A stretch of DNA of 64,000 nucleotides, from contig JAUVVB010000003.1 in NCBI GenBank assembly GCA_030604825.1, positions 4,224 through 68,223 of the forward strand, written 5' to 3'. The position numbers and the translations under genes were made by a program. The notes under the pieces were generated by a model. It was given only the letters and a program-made list of their open reading frames with translations. It ran no database searches and was not told where the DNA came from. Within the stretch, counting starts at the first letter, position 1. Every line of letters begins with the position of its first letter. Origin of the DNA: Chloroflexota bacterium (GTDB taxonomy: Bacteria > Chloroflexota > Dehalococcoidia > E44-bin15). Of this stretch, positions 17,588 to 27,178 are shown in pieces.

Positions 17588-18553
17588 TCAGCGCAGACGG
17601 GATAGGCGCTCCGCGATCTCCCTTGCCCCGTTTATGATGCTGTCAACCAGCTGCTTCACCGTGGGCACATCGTGGATCAGCCCTACCACCTGGCCGCAGG
17701 CCATGATTCCGCCCTGAACATCTCCCTCAGCCATCGCCTGCCTCCCCCTCTCGCCGGCGATCAGGGGTATGAGGTCCTTCAGGGTAGCGCCTTTCTCCTC
17801 CATTTCCAGCACCTTCTGCGCAGTCTCATTCCTCATCACCCTGGCTGGATTGCCGATGGAGCGCTCCACCAGCATGGTGGCCGTCTCCGCCGCCTCGAGG
17901 AAAGCCTGTTTGAAGTTATCGTGGATGGGGCATTCCTTGGTGGCCATGAATCGGGTGCCCATGAGCACCCCCTCTGCCCCCAGCGCCAGGCAGGCGACAA
18001 ATCCGCGGGCATCGCCAAACCCTCCTCCACCCACCACCGGCACCTTCACTGCATCCACCACCCGGGGGAGGAGGATCAGGGTGGTAACCTCCTCGGCGCT
18101 GGGATGGCCACCGCACTCGAAGCCCACTATCTCCACGATGTCCGCCCCCGCCCGCTCGGCACTACTGGCATCCCTTACCCGGGCGCACTTGTGCATCAGC
18201 AGGGCACCGCCCTTCTTGATCCGCTCCACATAGGGTGTAGGGCTTCTCCCCGAGGTCTCGATCACCTTTATCCCCTCTTCCAATGTGGTGTCGATAGACT
18301 CCTCGATGCTCACCGGCCTTAGCATGGGGAAGAGGTTGATGTTCACCCCGAAAGGCTTATCGGTGAGGCTCCTGGTCTTCCTGATCTCCTGGCGCAGTTC
18401 ATCCTTGCTATCGAAGGTGGCTGAGGGGAGGATGCCGAAGGCACCGGCATTGGCCACTGCCGCCACCAGCTCCGCCCGGGAAAGCGCCTGCATGGTGCCC
18501 GCAATCAGGGGATGCTCGATGCCCAGCATTTCGGTGACCCTTGTTTTGAACAT
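17588..18553 (-). CDS. Nitronate monooxygenase / FabK-like FMN enzyme (paralog)
   Basis: LGIEHPLIAGTM, GFECGGHP, GGGGFGD, LMGTRF. Confidence 0.88.
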   Translation of the reverse strand: MFKTRVTEMLGIEHPLIAGTMQALSRAELVAAVANAGAFGILPSATFDSKDELRQEIRKTRSLTDKPFGVNINLFPMLRPVSIEESIDTTLEEGIKVIETSGRSPTPYVERIKKGGALLMHKCARVRDASSAERAGADIVEIVGFECGGHPSAEEVTTLILLPRVVDAVKVPVVGGGGFGDARGFVACLALGAEGVLMGTRFMATKECPIHDNFKQAFLEAAETATMLVERSIGNPARVMRNETAQKVLEMEEKGATLKDLIPLIAGERGRQAMAEGDVQGGIMACGQVVGLIHDVPTVKQLVDSIINGAREIAERLSRLR

Positions 18554-18630
18554 TTTTACCCTCCGCAAAGACCTTGATGGCAAAGCATACCAGCAATGAG
18601 GGGCGAGGTCAAGAATTAAAGAAATCTTCA

Positions 18631-18659
18631 TTGACATCTTCCCTACTTCCTCCTATAAT
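18631..18659 (+). promoter_or_regulatory. Perfect sigma70 consensus promoter
   Basis: TTGACA-17 nt-TATAAT upstream of the acyl-CoA dehydrogenase. Confidence 0.75.
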
Positions 18660-18705
18660 CGGCGCAGACGGGTTCCGGCGCGGGGCCAGCTAAGGGGGGA
18701 TTAAA

Positions 18706-19899
18706 ATGGATTTTCGCTTTACCCAGGAGCAGGAGGCACTGAGGAAGCAGTTTGAAACCTTTTTTGAAGAGGTGATGAAGGAGGCACCAGCGGATTGGGG
18801 GATAGGATTGGAGAGCATGGTGGGCTCCGATGAGGGGTGGGCCTTCCATTGCCATGTCGGTCGCAAGCTGGCGGAGAGGGGCTGGCTCACCCTGCCCTGG
18901 CCCAAGGAATATGGGGGGCAGGCCCTTTCCCACATAGAGCAGCTCATCTTCAACGAGGTGAGGGGATACCACAGGGCACCTGGCATCGATATCTGGGGTC
19001 TCGAGATGCTCGCTCCTACCTTGATGATCTATGGCACGGAGGAGCAGAAAAAGGAACACCTGCCCCCCATGGCGAGGGCGGAGAGCCACTGGTCTCAGGC
19101 ATGGAGCGAACCCAATGCCGGCTCCGACCTGGCATCCCTTACCATGAGGGCGGTGGAGGAGGGCGATGACTTTGTCCTCAACGGGCAGAAGATATGGGCT
19201 ACCGGTGCCCATCGCGCCGACTGGACGTTCACCCTGGCGAGGACCGACCCCGAGCAGCCCCGCCACCGCGGGCTCAGCTATTTCCTGGTGGACCTGAAGA
19301 CCCCGGGGGTATCCCAGCGCACCATCCCCGACATGGCTGGCCATGAAACCTTTACCGAGATTTTCTTTGACGATGTTCGTATCCCAAGGCGAAACCTGGT
19401 GGGGGAGAAGAATCAGGGCTGGTATCTAACCCTGGTCACCATGAACCTGGAGAGGTCTGGCATCGGGGGAATAGCGGAATCGCGGCGAACCATAGAGGAG
19501 CTCATCCAGTTTGCCAAGGAGACCAAGCGGGACGGGGAGACCCTCTGGGAAAACCCCTTCGTTCGCCACCGCATAGCTCAGCTTGCCATAGAGGCTGAAG
19601 TGGGGCGAGCCATGGCCTACCGGGTTGCCTGGGTCCAGAGCAAGGGGGGAATCCCTGCCCGAGAGGCATCGGCAGCGAAAGTCTATAGCAGTGAGTTGGG
19701 GCAGCGTATCGCCTACACCGGATGCCAGATCATGGGGCTTTACGGTCAGGTGAAGAGCTCCAAGTGGGCCCCCCTCAGGGGAAGGTTTGAGAGGGCCTAT
19801 CAGGCATGCGTGGGCATGAATATCGCTGCTGGCACCTCGGAGATCCAGCGCAATATCATCGCCACCAGGGGATTGGAGCTGCCCCGCGAGCCCAGATAA
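18706..19899 (+). CDS. Acyl-CoA dehydrogenase (FadE-type)
   Basis: WSEPNAGSDLA, LNGQKIW, GEKNQGW, AGTSEIQRNIIA. Confidence 0.93.
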   Translation: MDFRFTQEQEALRKQFETFFEEVMKEAPADWGIGLESMVGSDEGWAFHCHVGRKLAERGWLTLPWPKEYGGQALSHIEQLIFNEVRGYHRAPGIDIWGLEMLAPTLMIYGTEEQKKEHLPPMARAESHWSQAWSEPNAGSDLASLTMRAVEEGDDFVLNGQKIWATGAHRADWTFTLARTDPEQPRHRGLSYFLVDLKTPGVSQRTIPDMAGHETFTEIFFDDVRIPRRNLVGEKNQGWYLTLVTMNLERSGIGGIAESRRTIEELIQFAKETKRDGETLWENPFVRHRIAQLAIEAEVGRAMAYRVAWVQSKGGIPAREASAAKVYSSELGQRIAYTGCQIMGLYGQVKSSKWAPLRGRFERAYQACVGMNIAAGTSEIQRNIIATRGLELPREPR

Positions 19900-19914
19900 T
19901 GCGAGGCTGACTTC

Positions 19915-21234
19915 GTGGCTGATGTTCAACCCTTTCGCGGTCTGCGCTATAATCTGGAGCGAATTGGCGACCTTTCTGCGGTGATCAGCCCCCCTTATGA
20001 TGTTATCTCCCCCCAGGAGCAGCTTCTTTACCATGATAGAAGCCCCTATAACGTGATCCGGCTTGAGTTTGGAGAGGAGCGCCCCGGGGATTCCGACCAG
20101 GATAACAAGTACACCCGGGCCGCCACTACCATGAGGGGTTGGCTGGGGGAGGCAATCCTGGTGCGGGAGGAGCACCCCGCCTTCTACCTCGTGGAGCACC
20201 ATTTCCTTCATCAAGATAGGCTCAGAAGTCGCTTTTCCCTCATCGCTCGCGTTCGGCTGGAGGAGCTGGCCAGCGGTCAGATCCGCCCCCATGAGACGAC
20301 GATGAGAAGGCCAGCGATAGATCGCCTCCGCCTTCTCCGGTCATGCCACGCCAACTTCAGCCCGGTGATGGGGTTGTTTCGTGGCGATGGGGGGCTGGTC
20401 TCGCTCTTTGAGGAGGTGGCGAAGCAAAGCCCCCAGCTCGAGGCCAGGGACGATCAGGGGGTGAGCTATCGACTTTGGATGGTGGGCGGGGAGGAGAGGG
20501 TCGCCCAGCTTTCCCGATTCTTCGCCGACAAGGTCATCTACATCGCCGATGGGCACCACCGCTATGAGACCGCCCTGGCCTACCAGGGGGAACGCCGCTC
20601 TGCCCTTTCCTCCTATACGGGGAGGGAGGGCTTCAATTTCGTGATGATGACCCTTAGCGATGCCGATGACCCCAATCTGGTCATGTTTCCCACCCATCGC
20701 CTGGTGCGGGGCATAGAGCGGGAAAGGCTGGAAGGTTTGGAGGCGGCGCTTGGCATCTATTTTCAAAAAAGGTTGCTATCCCCCCAGGCGAACCAGAGCC
20801 AGACCCTCAAAAGCTGGCTTGATGCCCTAAGCAGGAAGAGCGTAACCTTTGGCCTTTATGGTCTCCATGGGCAGCAGCTCTGCCTTCTGACGGGGGAAAG
20901 GGAAGCCTTGGAGAAGGTGCTGCCCGACCACTGGCCAAGACCGCTCAGGGAGCTGGATGTAGGCCTGCTTCAGTGGGTGGTTCTGCGCCAGATGCTGGTC
21001 CTCGATAGCATTGAAAAGGAGGAGGACTGCCTTGAATATACCCGTGACGGGCTGGAGGCCCTATCTCGGGTGGATTCTGGAGCCTGGCAGCTAGCCTTTC
21101 TGCTCAACCCCGCCCCCATCTCCAGCGTCATCGCGGTGGCCGACTGCGGGATGAGGATGCCCCAGAAGTCCACCTATTTCCATCCCAAGACACCCACCGG
21201 GCTGGTGATTAACCCGCTCTGGGATGAGGGGTGA
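19915..21234 (+). CDS. DUF1015 family protein
   Basis: PPYDVIS, YIADGHHRYETA, MPQKSTYFHPK. Confidence 0.88.
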   Translation: MADVQPFRGLRYNLERIGDLSAVISPPYDVISPQEQLLYHDRSPYNVIRLEFGEERPGDSDQDNKYTRAATTMRGWLGEAILVREEHPAFYLVEHHFLHQDRLRSRFSLIARVRLEELASGQIRPHETTMRRPAIDRLRLLRSCHANFSPVMGLFRGDGGLVSLFEEVAKQSPQLEARDDQGVSYRLWMVGGEERVAQLSRFFADKVIYIADGHHRYETALAYQGERRSALSSYTGREGFNFVMMTLSDADDPNLVMFPTHRLVRGIERERLEGLEAALGIYFQKRLLSPQANQSQTLKSWLDALSRKSVTFGLYGLHGQQLCLLTGEREALEKVLPDHWPRPLRELDVGLLQWVVLRQMLVLDSIEKEEDCLEYTRDGLEALSRVDSGAWQLAFLLNPAPISSVIAVADCGMRMPQKSTYFHPKTPTGLVINPLWDEG

Positions 21235-21235
21235 G

Positions 21236-22069
21236 ATGTCTGGAAGATATGAAAGGATAGTCCGCGATCCCGACCTGGCATTGGCACTAACAAAGGAAGA
21301 AATAAAAGACCTCCTCCTGGAAGCGGGAAAGGTCTTTGAGCTTGAGCAAAACCTGATCCCTCTTGGGTCGGGGCGTGCCATCTTCGTTGGCGATACCCAC
21401 GGCGATTTCGATGCCACCAAGAGGGTCATCGCGAAGCATCCAATTCCGGAGAACAAGGTGGTTTTCCTGGGGGACTACGTAGATAGGGGCCCGCAGTCCA
21501 TGGCGAACATCAATTATCTATTATCCCTGAAGCTGGCCTATCCACAGAACCTCTTCCTGCTCATGGGCAACCATGAAGCCTATGGCATCATGCCCTTTTA
21601 TCCCGCAGATTTCTGGCAGCAGCTCGATGGGGAGCTATCCCAGCTATACGCTTCCCTGCTGCTCAAGCTCCCGCTGGCGGTATCCACCTCAAATGGAGTC
21701 ATCGCCCTTCATGGCGCGCTGCCTGACGTGGGCAGCGTGGAGGCGATAAACGAGATAGAGATCGGCAGCGAGGAGTGGAGACAGATAACCTGGGGCGATT
21801 GGCAGGAGGGAGAAGGTTCCTTCCTCGGCGATGACCCTTTCAGCGGGAGGCCCCAATTCGGCGAGGACTACTTCAACGACATAATGGCTAGATTGGGGAA
21901 GAGGGTTTTGATCCGATCCCACCAGCCAACGGCGCCGGCGGCCATGTTTGGGCGGAGGTGCCTCACCATATTCACCTCCTCCGCCTATATGCCCTTAAGG
22001 ACCATTGCCCTGCTTGACCTGAGCAGGGAGATGCACACGGTGGATGACCTGCCGGTGGAGAGGGTTTGA
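21236..22069 (+). CDS. PPP-family metallophosphoesterase (Ser/Thr phosphatase-like)
   Basis: GDTHG, GDYVDRG, GNHE, HG, RSHQ motifs. Confidence 0.9.
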   Translation: MSGRYERIVRDPDLALALTKEEIKDLLLEAGKVFELEQNLIPLGSGRAIFVGDTHGDFDATKRVIAKHPIPENKVVFLGDYVDRGPQSMANINYLLSLKLAYPQNLFLLMGNHEAYGIMPFYPADFWQQLDGELSQLYASLLLKLPLAVSTSNGVIALHGALPDVGSVEAINEIEIGSEEWRQITWGDWQEGEGSFLGDDPFSGRPQFGEDYFNDIMARLGKRVLIRSHQPTAPAAMFGRRCLTIFTSSAYMPLRTIALLDLSREMHTVDDLPVERV

Positions 22070-22836
22070 TGGACGAGAAATATGCTCTCATCGACTCTCA
22101 TGCCCATCTGGAGGAGGTGGAGGACCTGGAAGCTGCCATCGCCAGGGCAAGGGACTCGGGCGTAGTTGCCATCATCACCGTGGGCTCCGACTACGAGTCC
22201 AACCATCAGGCCCTGGATATAGCCCAGCGGCATAACTCCTTTGTCTACCCCGCCCTCGGCCTCCACCCCTGGAGCCTCTCCTTTTCCACCCTGGACCGTA
22301 ACCTCCAGTTCATCGAGGATAACGCCGAAAATATCGTGGGCATAGGCGAGATCGGGCTTGATTACCATAAAAGTGTGATGAAGGGGAGCAGCAAGGAGCT
22401 GCAAAAAGAGGCGCTGGCAAGCCTTCTGGGACTGGCAAAAAGGTTGGGGAAGCCGGCAATCATTCACTCCAGATATGCATGGAGGGATGCCTTTAGCTTG
22501 GCCAGGGACGCCGAGATTAAGCAGGCCGTCTTCCACTGGTACACCGGCCCCCTGAACGTTCTCCGGGATATATTGGGGTGTGGATACTTCGTTTCAGCCA
22601 CTATCGCTGCCGAGTATCATGAGGAGCATAGACGTGCCATAAAAGAGGCCCCCCTGGAGAGGCTGCTGCTGGAGACCGATTCCCCGGTGGTATATAGGCA
22701 GGGGCTAAGGGCAGAGCCCTCCCATGTGCTGAGGTCGCTGCAGGCGGTGGCCAATCTGAAGGGCCTGGAGCCGGGGATAATAGCTGCCAGAACCACCGAA
22801 AATGCGGTGGCCCTTTTTGGCTTGAAAGGTTGTTGA
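22069..22836 (+). CDS. tatD: TatD family deoxyribonuclease
   Basis: DSHAH, GEIGLDY, IIHSR, VFHWY, LLETDSP. Confidence 0.93.
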   Translation: MDEKYALIDSHAHLEEVEDLEAAIARARDSGVVAIITVGSDYESNHQALDIAQRHNSFVYPALGLHPWSLSFSTLDRNLQFIEDNAENIVGIGEIGLDYHKSVMKGSSKELQKEALASLLGLAKRLGKPAIIHSRYAWRDAFSLARDAEIKQAVFHWYTGPLNVLRDILGCGYFVSATIAAEYHEEHRRAIKEAPLERLLLETDSPVVYRQGLRAEPSHVLRSLQAVANLKGLEPGIIAARTTENAVALFGLKGC

Positions 22837-23110
22837 GGGGACGCTGCCGCTTAGCCGCGTCTCCACCTCCAGATGAGGAGGATGAAGGGCGGCACCGTGA
22901 GTGCCAGGATCAATGACAGCATCAACCCACCGCCCAGGCCATAGGGAATATAGAAGACGATCGCCGAGGCGATGGTATAATAGAGGGTGATCTTCAGCCC
23001 GCGAATCGTTGTCCAGCCCCCGATTTTGGTTGATTTTCCCCTTATTTTGCCCGATTGTCAATGCTGCCCCTTGCCGCCACAAAATCGGCCGTGTTATCCT
23101 TTGGGGGGAA

Positions 23111-23884
23111 ATGGGCGAAACGGCGGATAGGCTTACCTTTTTGGGCACCGCCGGGGCACGGGTGATGGTGGCGAACCAAATCCTCGCCTCAGGCGGCATC
23201 TGGCTTGAGCTGGGAGGCAGGGAATTGCTCCTCGATCCCGGCCCCGGCACCCTGGTCCAGGCTACCAAGAGGAAGCTCAGGGCTTCAAAGCTCGATGCCA
23301 TCATCCTCTCCCATCGCCATCTGGACCACGCCGCCGATGTCAATATCATGGTCGAGGCCATGACCGAGGGGGGGCTTCGCCGAAAGGGGGCTCTCTTTGC
23401 CCCGGGCGATGCCCTGGATGAAGACCCGGTGGTCCTCCATTACCTCAGGCCATACCTGGAGCGCATCGAAATCCTTGAGCAGGGGAAGAGCTACAGCGTC
23501 GGCGATGTCTCCTTCCGAACCCCCATCAGGCACCGCCATCCCGTGGAGACCTATGGGCTGATCTTTGAGACGCCAAAACATACCGTCTGCTTCATCATTG
23601 ATACCCGCTTCTTTGAGGATTTATCTGTCCACTATAAAGGCGATCTTCTCATCCTCAATGTGGTTCGGCTGGAGCCCGGTGGCCCCTTCGACCACCTTTC
23701 AGCGCCTGAGGCGGGGAAGATCATCAGGGAGCTCAAGCCGAGGGCAGCCATCATCACCCACTTCGGCATGACCATGTGGCGGGCAAAGCCGTGGGAGGTG
23801 GCAAAGAGGCTTTCCGAGGAGACCGGCGTCCGCGTAATCGCTGCCCGTGACGGGATGAGGTTTGAACTCGCCGAGCTGGACTAG
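23111..23884 (+). CDS. MBL-fold metallo-hydrolase (RNase Z/PhnP-like)
   Basis: FLGTAG, DPGPG, SHRHLDH, ITHFG. Confidence 0.88.
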   Translation: MGETADRLTFLGTAGARVMVANQILASGGIWLELGGRELLLDPGPGTLVQATKRKLRASKLDAIILSHRHLDHAADVNIMVEAMTEGGLRRKGALFAPGDALDEDPVVLHYLRPYLERIEILEQGKSYSVGDVSFRTPIRHRHPVETYGLIFETPKHTVCFIIDTRFFEDLSVHYKGDLLILNVVRLEPGGPFDHLSAPEAGKIIRELKPRAAIITHFGMTMWRAKPWEVAKRLSEETGVRVIAARDGMRFELAELD

Positions 23885-23895
23885 AAGGGGGAAAT

Positions 23896-24381
23896 ATGGG
23901 AGAAAGGGTTGAGCAGGAGATCGGCGCCCTGCTGAGGCAGCGAGGATTAACCTTGGCCACCGCTGAATCGGCTAGCGGTGGGCTTATATCCCATCTGATC
24001 ACCAATGTCCCCGGCAGCTCCGATTATCTCAAGGGCTCCGTAGTTGCCTATGCCAACGAGGTAAAGGAGAAGGTGCTGGGGGTAAGGGGGGAAACCCTGG
24101 AGATTCATGGTGCGGTTAGCCAGCAAACCGCGGAGGAGATGGCCCAGGGGGTGAGGAGGCTGATGAATGCCGACATCGGTCTCTCCGATACCGGGGTTGC
24201 CGGGCCCAGCGGCGGCACCCCGCAAAAGCCAGTGGGATTGTTCTATATTGGAATCTCCTCCCACCTTGGCACTAGGGCAGTGAGGCACGTCTTCGGGGGG
24301 GATAGGCTGGAGAATAAGGAGGCTGCTGCCCGGGCAGCCCTCGGCATGCTCAAGGAACACCTCCTGGGGCTGGGGCGATGA
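23896..24381 (+). CDS. pncC: CinA C-terminal / NMN deamidase
   Basis: LATAESASGG, GSVVAYAN, GAVS, TGVAGPSG. Confidence 0.88.
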   Translation: MGERVEQEIGALLRQRGLTLATAESASGGLISHLITNVPGSSDYLKGSVVAYANEVKEKVLGVRGETLEIHGAVSQQTAEEMAQGVRRLMNADIGLSDTGVAGPSGGTPQKPVGLFYIGISSHLGTRAVRHVFGGDRLENKEAAARAALGMLKEHLLGLGR

Positions 24382-24382
24382 G

Positions 24383-24787
24383 ATGGAAGAGAGACACGTC
24401 GTTACCTGCTTCCTGGAATATGAGGGCAAGATCCCCATCCTGAGAAGAAGCGAGAGGGTGGGAACCTATAGGGGGAAGTGGGCAGGCGTCAGTGGATACA
24501 TCGAGGAGGGGAACACCCCATACCAGCAGGCATTGAAGGAGATAGGCGAGGAAACGGGGCTTGGCACGGAGGATGTTGAGCTGGTGAAGCAGGGCCAGCC
24601 GCTGGAGGTCATCGACGAGGAGATAGGGAGGAGGTGGGTGGTTCACCCCTTCCGCTTCAGGGTGAAACGGGCGGATCAGATCAGCATCGATTGGGAACAT
24701 ACCGAGATGAAATGGATAGAGCCCAAGGACATCGCCAAGTATGAGACGGTTCCCAACCTGATGGAGACATGGGAAAGGGTGGCCTAG
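24383..24787 (+). CDS. NUDIX hydrolase
   Basis: Nudix box GYIEEGNTPYQQALKEIGEETGL. Confidence 0.9.
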   Translation: MEERHVVTCFLEYEGKIPILRRSERVGTYRGKWAGVSGYIEEGNTPYQQALKEIGEETGLGTEDVELVKQGQPLEVIDEEIGRRWVVHPFRFRVKRADQISIDWEHTEMKWIEPKDIAKYETVPNLMETWERVA

Positions 24788-24789
24788 CC

Positions 24790-25686
24790 GTGGATGCTGA
24801 GATTGAGGAGAAGATCGAGGAAATCGGGAGGGATCGAGAGCATGGCGCCGGCCAGCTTTCACGGCAGGCCATCGGCGTGATGAGGCTGGTGGCGGAGAGG
24901 AGCCAGGTGGAAGATGTGGCCCAATTCCTGGATGAGCTAACCAGAGCCGCCAGCAAATTGATCCAGATAAGGCCAGCCATGGCCTCGATAACAAATGGCG
25001 TTTCCAGATTCACATATGAGGTCTTGGGGAAAGCAGAGCAAGAGCGGGATTTGAGTTCGCTGCGGAGCTTCGCCCTCTCCAAAGCTGATGAACTCGTTAA
25101 GAACTTGGTTGAGGCTGCCCGCAAGGCCGCCGAAAACGGTGCAGAATTGATCGAGGCGGGGGATAGGCTTGCCACTTGTAGCTACAGCTCAACGGTATGC
25201 CAGGCCTTCGCCCTGGCAAAAGCTAGAGGAAAGCAGATCGAGGTCATAGCCCTGGAATCCGGCTCCTATGGCCAAGCCACCGCCCACGAGCTCAGATCGA
25301 AGGGAATCCCGGTCCAGGTTATTCCAGATACCGCCATAGAGGATGAAATATTTAGGGCGAATAAGGTTTTTGTGGGTGCCGATGCCATCCTTTTCGATGG
25401 CTCCCTGATAAATGGCAGCCCAAGCTATGAGCTGTCTGCGGCGGCGAAAAGGGCGAACGTCCCCTTTTATTCCCTGTGTGAAACCACTAAATTCGATGTT
25501 CGCCGCTATCGGGGAAAAAGCCTCAGGCCGGAAAGGGGCTTCGACCTCGTTCCCCACCATCTGGTGACGGCCATCGTAACCGAAGAGGGGATGATCGAGC
25601 CAAGGGGGGTTGCTCAGGTCGTGAGGGATTTGGCAAAATATGTGGAAATCCTCCCGGTCATAGGAAGGGGAAATAATTCGTCTTGA
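24790..25686 (+). CDS. eIF-2B / MtnA / ribose-1,5-bisphosphate isomerase family protein
   Basis: DREHGA, RPAMA, TCSYSST, VFVGADAI, NGSPS, FDLVPHHLVTAIVTEEG. Confidence 0.82.
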   Translation: MDAEIEEKIEEIGRDREHGAGQLSRQAIGVMRLVAERSQVEDVAQFLDELTRAASKLIQIRPAMASITNGVSRFTYEVLGKAEQERDLSSLRSFALSKADELVKNLVEAARKAAENGAELIEAGDRLATCSYSSTVCQAFALAKARGKQIEVIALESGSYGQATAHELRSKGIPVQVIPDTAIEDEIFRANKVFVGADAILFDGSLINGSPSYELSAAAKRANVPFYSLCETTKFDVRRYRGKSLRPERGFDLVPHHLVTAIVTEEGMIEPRGVAQVVRDLAKYVEILPVIGRGNNSS

Positions 25687-26389
25687 TGAAGGCGAAGTTT
25701 TGCTTCACCCTGTCTGCACCCCTTATGATGTGTCCCAGCTCGGTGCTATGGCCGGGAAGGAGATGCTCCACATCAAGCTGGGAGAGCCTTTCAATGCTCT
25801 CCTTGAGCAGCCTTCCATCCCCGCCGGGGAAATCGGTCCTGCCCACCGCGCCAAAGAATATCACATCCCCGGTTATCAGAACCTGGTTATCGGGACAGTA
25901 GAGGCTTATGGAGCCTGGGGAATGACCTGGGGTATGGAGGATTTCCAGGTTTACCTGGCCCAGGCTTAACTTCCCTTCCTGGAGATAGAAATCGGGCTCA
26001 AATTTGGCCTCCCTGCCCATCATCTTGGCCAGCCAGTTTCCCACCGCCCGTTGATATTCCGCCTCATCCTGGTGCAGGGCGATGAGGGCTCGCTTTGCCC
26101 TCCCCCCTTTTGCCCTGGTTATCTCCACCAGGGCCTGATTCGCCTCGCAGTGATCGGGGTGGGAGTGGGTGTTGATTATCAGCCCGATATCCTGTGCCTC
26201 GATTCCATCCTTCTTCATGATGCCAAGCAGGTGTTCGAAACAGCTTTCCCTGAGCTCATTGACCAGATGTCCCGAATCTATGAGAACATGGGGTCGCTCG
26301 CCATCGAGGACATGGGCCACAAGATAGCTGTGGCAGTTGTTGCCCCTCCCCGTCCAGATATAGCAGTAAAGGTTATCCAAAAGCCTCAT
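25658..26389 (-). CDS. MBL-fold metallo-hydrolase (glyoxalase II-like)
   Basis: THSHPDH, HTPGHSPG, TGD, PGH. Confidence 0.9.
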   Translation of the reverse strand: MRLLDNLYCYIWTGRGNNCHSYLVAHVLDGERPHVLIDSGHLVNELRESCFEHLLGIMKKDGIEAQDIGLIINTHSHPDHCEANQALVEITRAKGGRAKRALIALHQDEAEYQRAVGNWLAKMMGREAKFEPDFYLQEGKLSLGQVNLEILHTPGHSPGSISLYCPDNQVLITGDVIFFGAVGRTDFPGGDGRLLKESIERLSQLDVEHLLPGHSTELGHIIRGADRVKQNFAFIKTNYFPFL

Positions 26390-26423
26390 CTTCTCAAACC
26401 TCCGGGGGAAGTGAGGAATTGTC

Positions 26424-26684
26424 TTACGGATTTCTGAGCACTTTGTCTTGATCGCCGATATTTCGTAGGATCAAGGTATCATCTCTTAGTTCGAATGATA
26501 AACGGATCGACCTGGTAGCTCTGGCTTCCCATATGCCTCTTGTGCCTTCTATTTTCTTCACCTGAAGACTCGGATGTCGTAGATCTTTGGCTAAAAGAGA
26601 AAGGGCCTTATCGGCCCCTTTCTGCTCTTTGGCAGTCAATTTCCTGTATGCCTTTTTGAATCGATCAGTTCGGGCTAGCTTCAT
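26424..26684 (-). CDS. RelE/ParE-superfamily toxin
   Basis: 86 aa, basic; TDRFKKAY, HPSLQVKKIEG, WEARAT, RLSF pattern; lies downstream of an antitoxin. Confidence 0.82.
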   Translation of the reverse strand: MKLARTDRFKKAYRKLTAKEQKGADKALSLLAKDLRHPSLQVKKIEGTRGIWEARATRSIRLSFELRDDTLILRNIGDQDKVLRNP

Positions 26685-26692
26685 TCGACTTT

Positions 26693-26971
26693 CTACGACT
26701 TTAGCTCCGCGATCAGTTCATCTACCGAATCAAAAGTCTTCAAACGCCCAGTTCGTATATCCTCATCCGCCTCGCGCTCACCCTCTTGCCATTCCCTCGT
26801 CCAAAAGTAAGCCTGACTTTTCTCCACGAGCCTCTTCACACTCATGGTTATGGTGTCACTCTCAACGCACAATTGGATATAGTCTCCCTCCCCAATCTGT
26901 GCAGCCCTGCGCAAAGAGGCGGGCAATGTGATCTGACCACGGCGATTTACCTTGACAATTTCGGTCATCAT
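26693..26971 (-). CDS. AbrB/MazE/SpoVT-family antitoxin
   Basis: VKVNRRGQITLPASLR; C-terminal FWTREWQEGEREADEDIRTGR. Confidence 0.85.
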   Translation of the reverse strand: MMTEIVKVNRRGQITLPASLRRAAQIGEGDYIQLCVESDTITMSVKRLVEKSQAYFWTREWQEGEREADEDIRTGRLKTFDSVDELIAELKS

Positions 26972-26996
26972 TAGAGAACCTCCATAGTTTCTGGAT

Positions 26997-27011
26997 TACG
27001 GAAAATCCGTA
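26997..27011. promoter_or_regulatory. Palindromic operator upstream of the TA pair
   Basis: TACGGA-AAA-TCCGTA, between the promoter and the antitoxin start. Confidence 0.55.
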
Positions 27012-27032
27012 TTTCTGCTTTTCGTCACAAAC

Positions 27033-27061
27033 ATCCTATCATATGTTAGCACATTTGTCAA
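27033..27061 (-). promoter_or_regulatory. sigma70 promoter of the TA operon
   Basis: Minus strand TTGACA-17 nt-TAGGAT, with extended TGn. Confidence 0.6.
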
Positions 27062-27178
27062 CACTTTGACACCGCCTCTCACTAGACCCAACAAGAAATG
27101 CCTCGTAGCATGCGTGATCAAGAACGGGGGCTTTTTATTGGCCTGACTACCCTCTATAATAGTGAATCGAGGAAGGCG

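Noticed and set aside
27066-27094. Divergent plus-strand promoter from the TTGACA half of the dyad
   Set aside because: No acceptable -10 element at 16-18 bp spacing.
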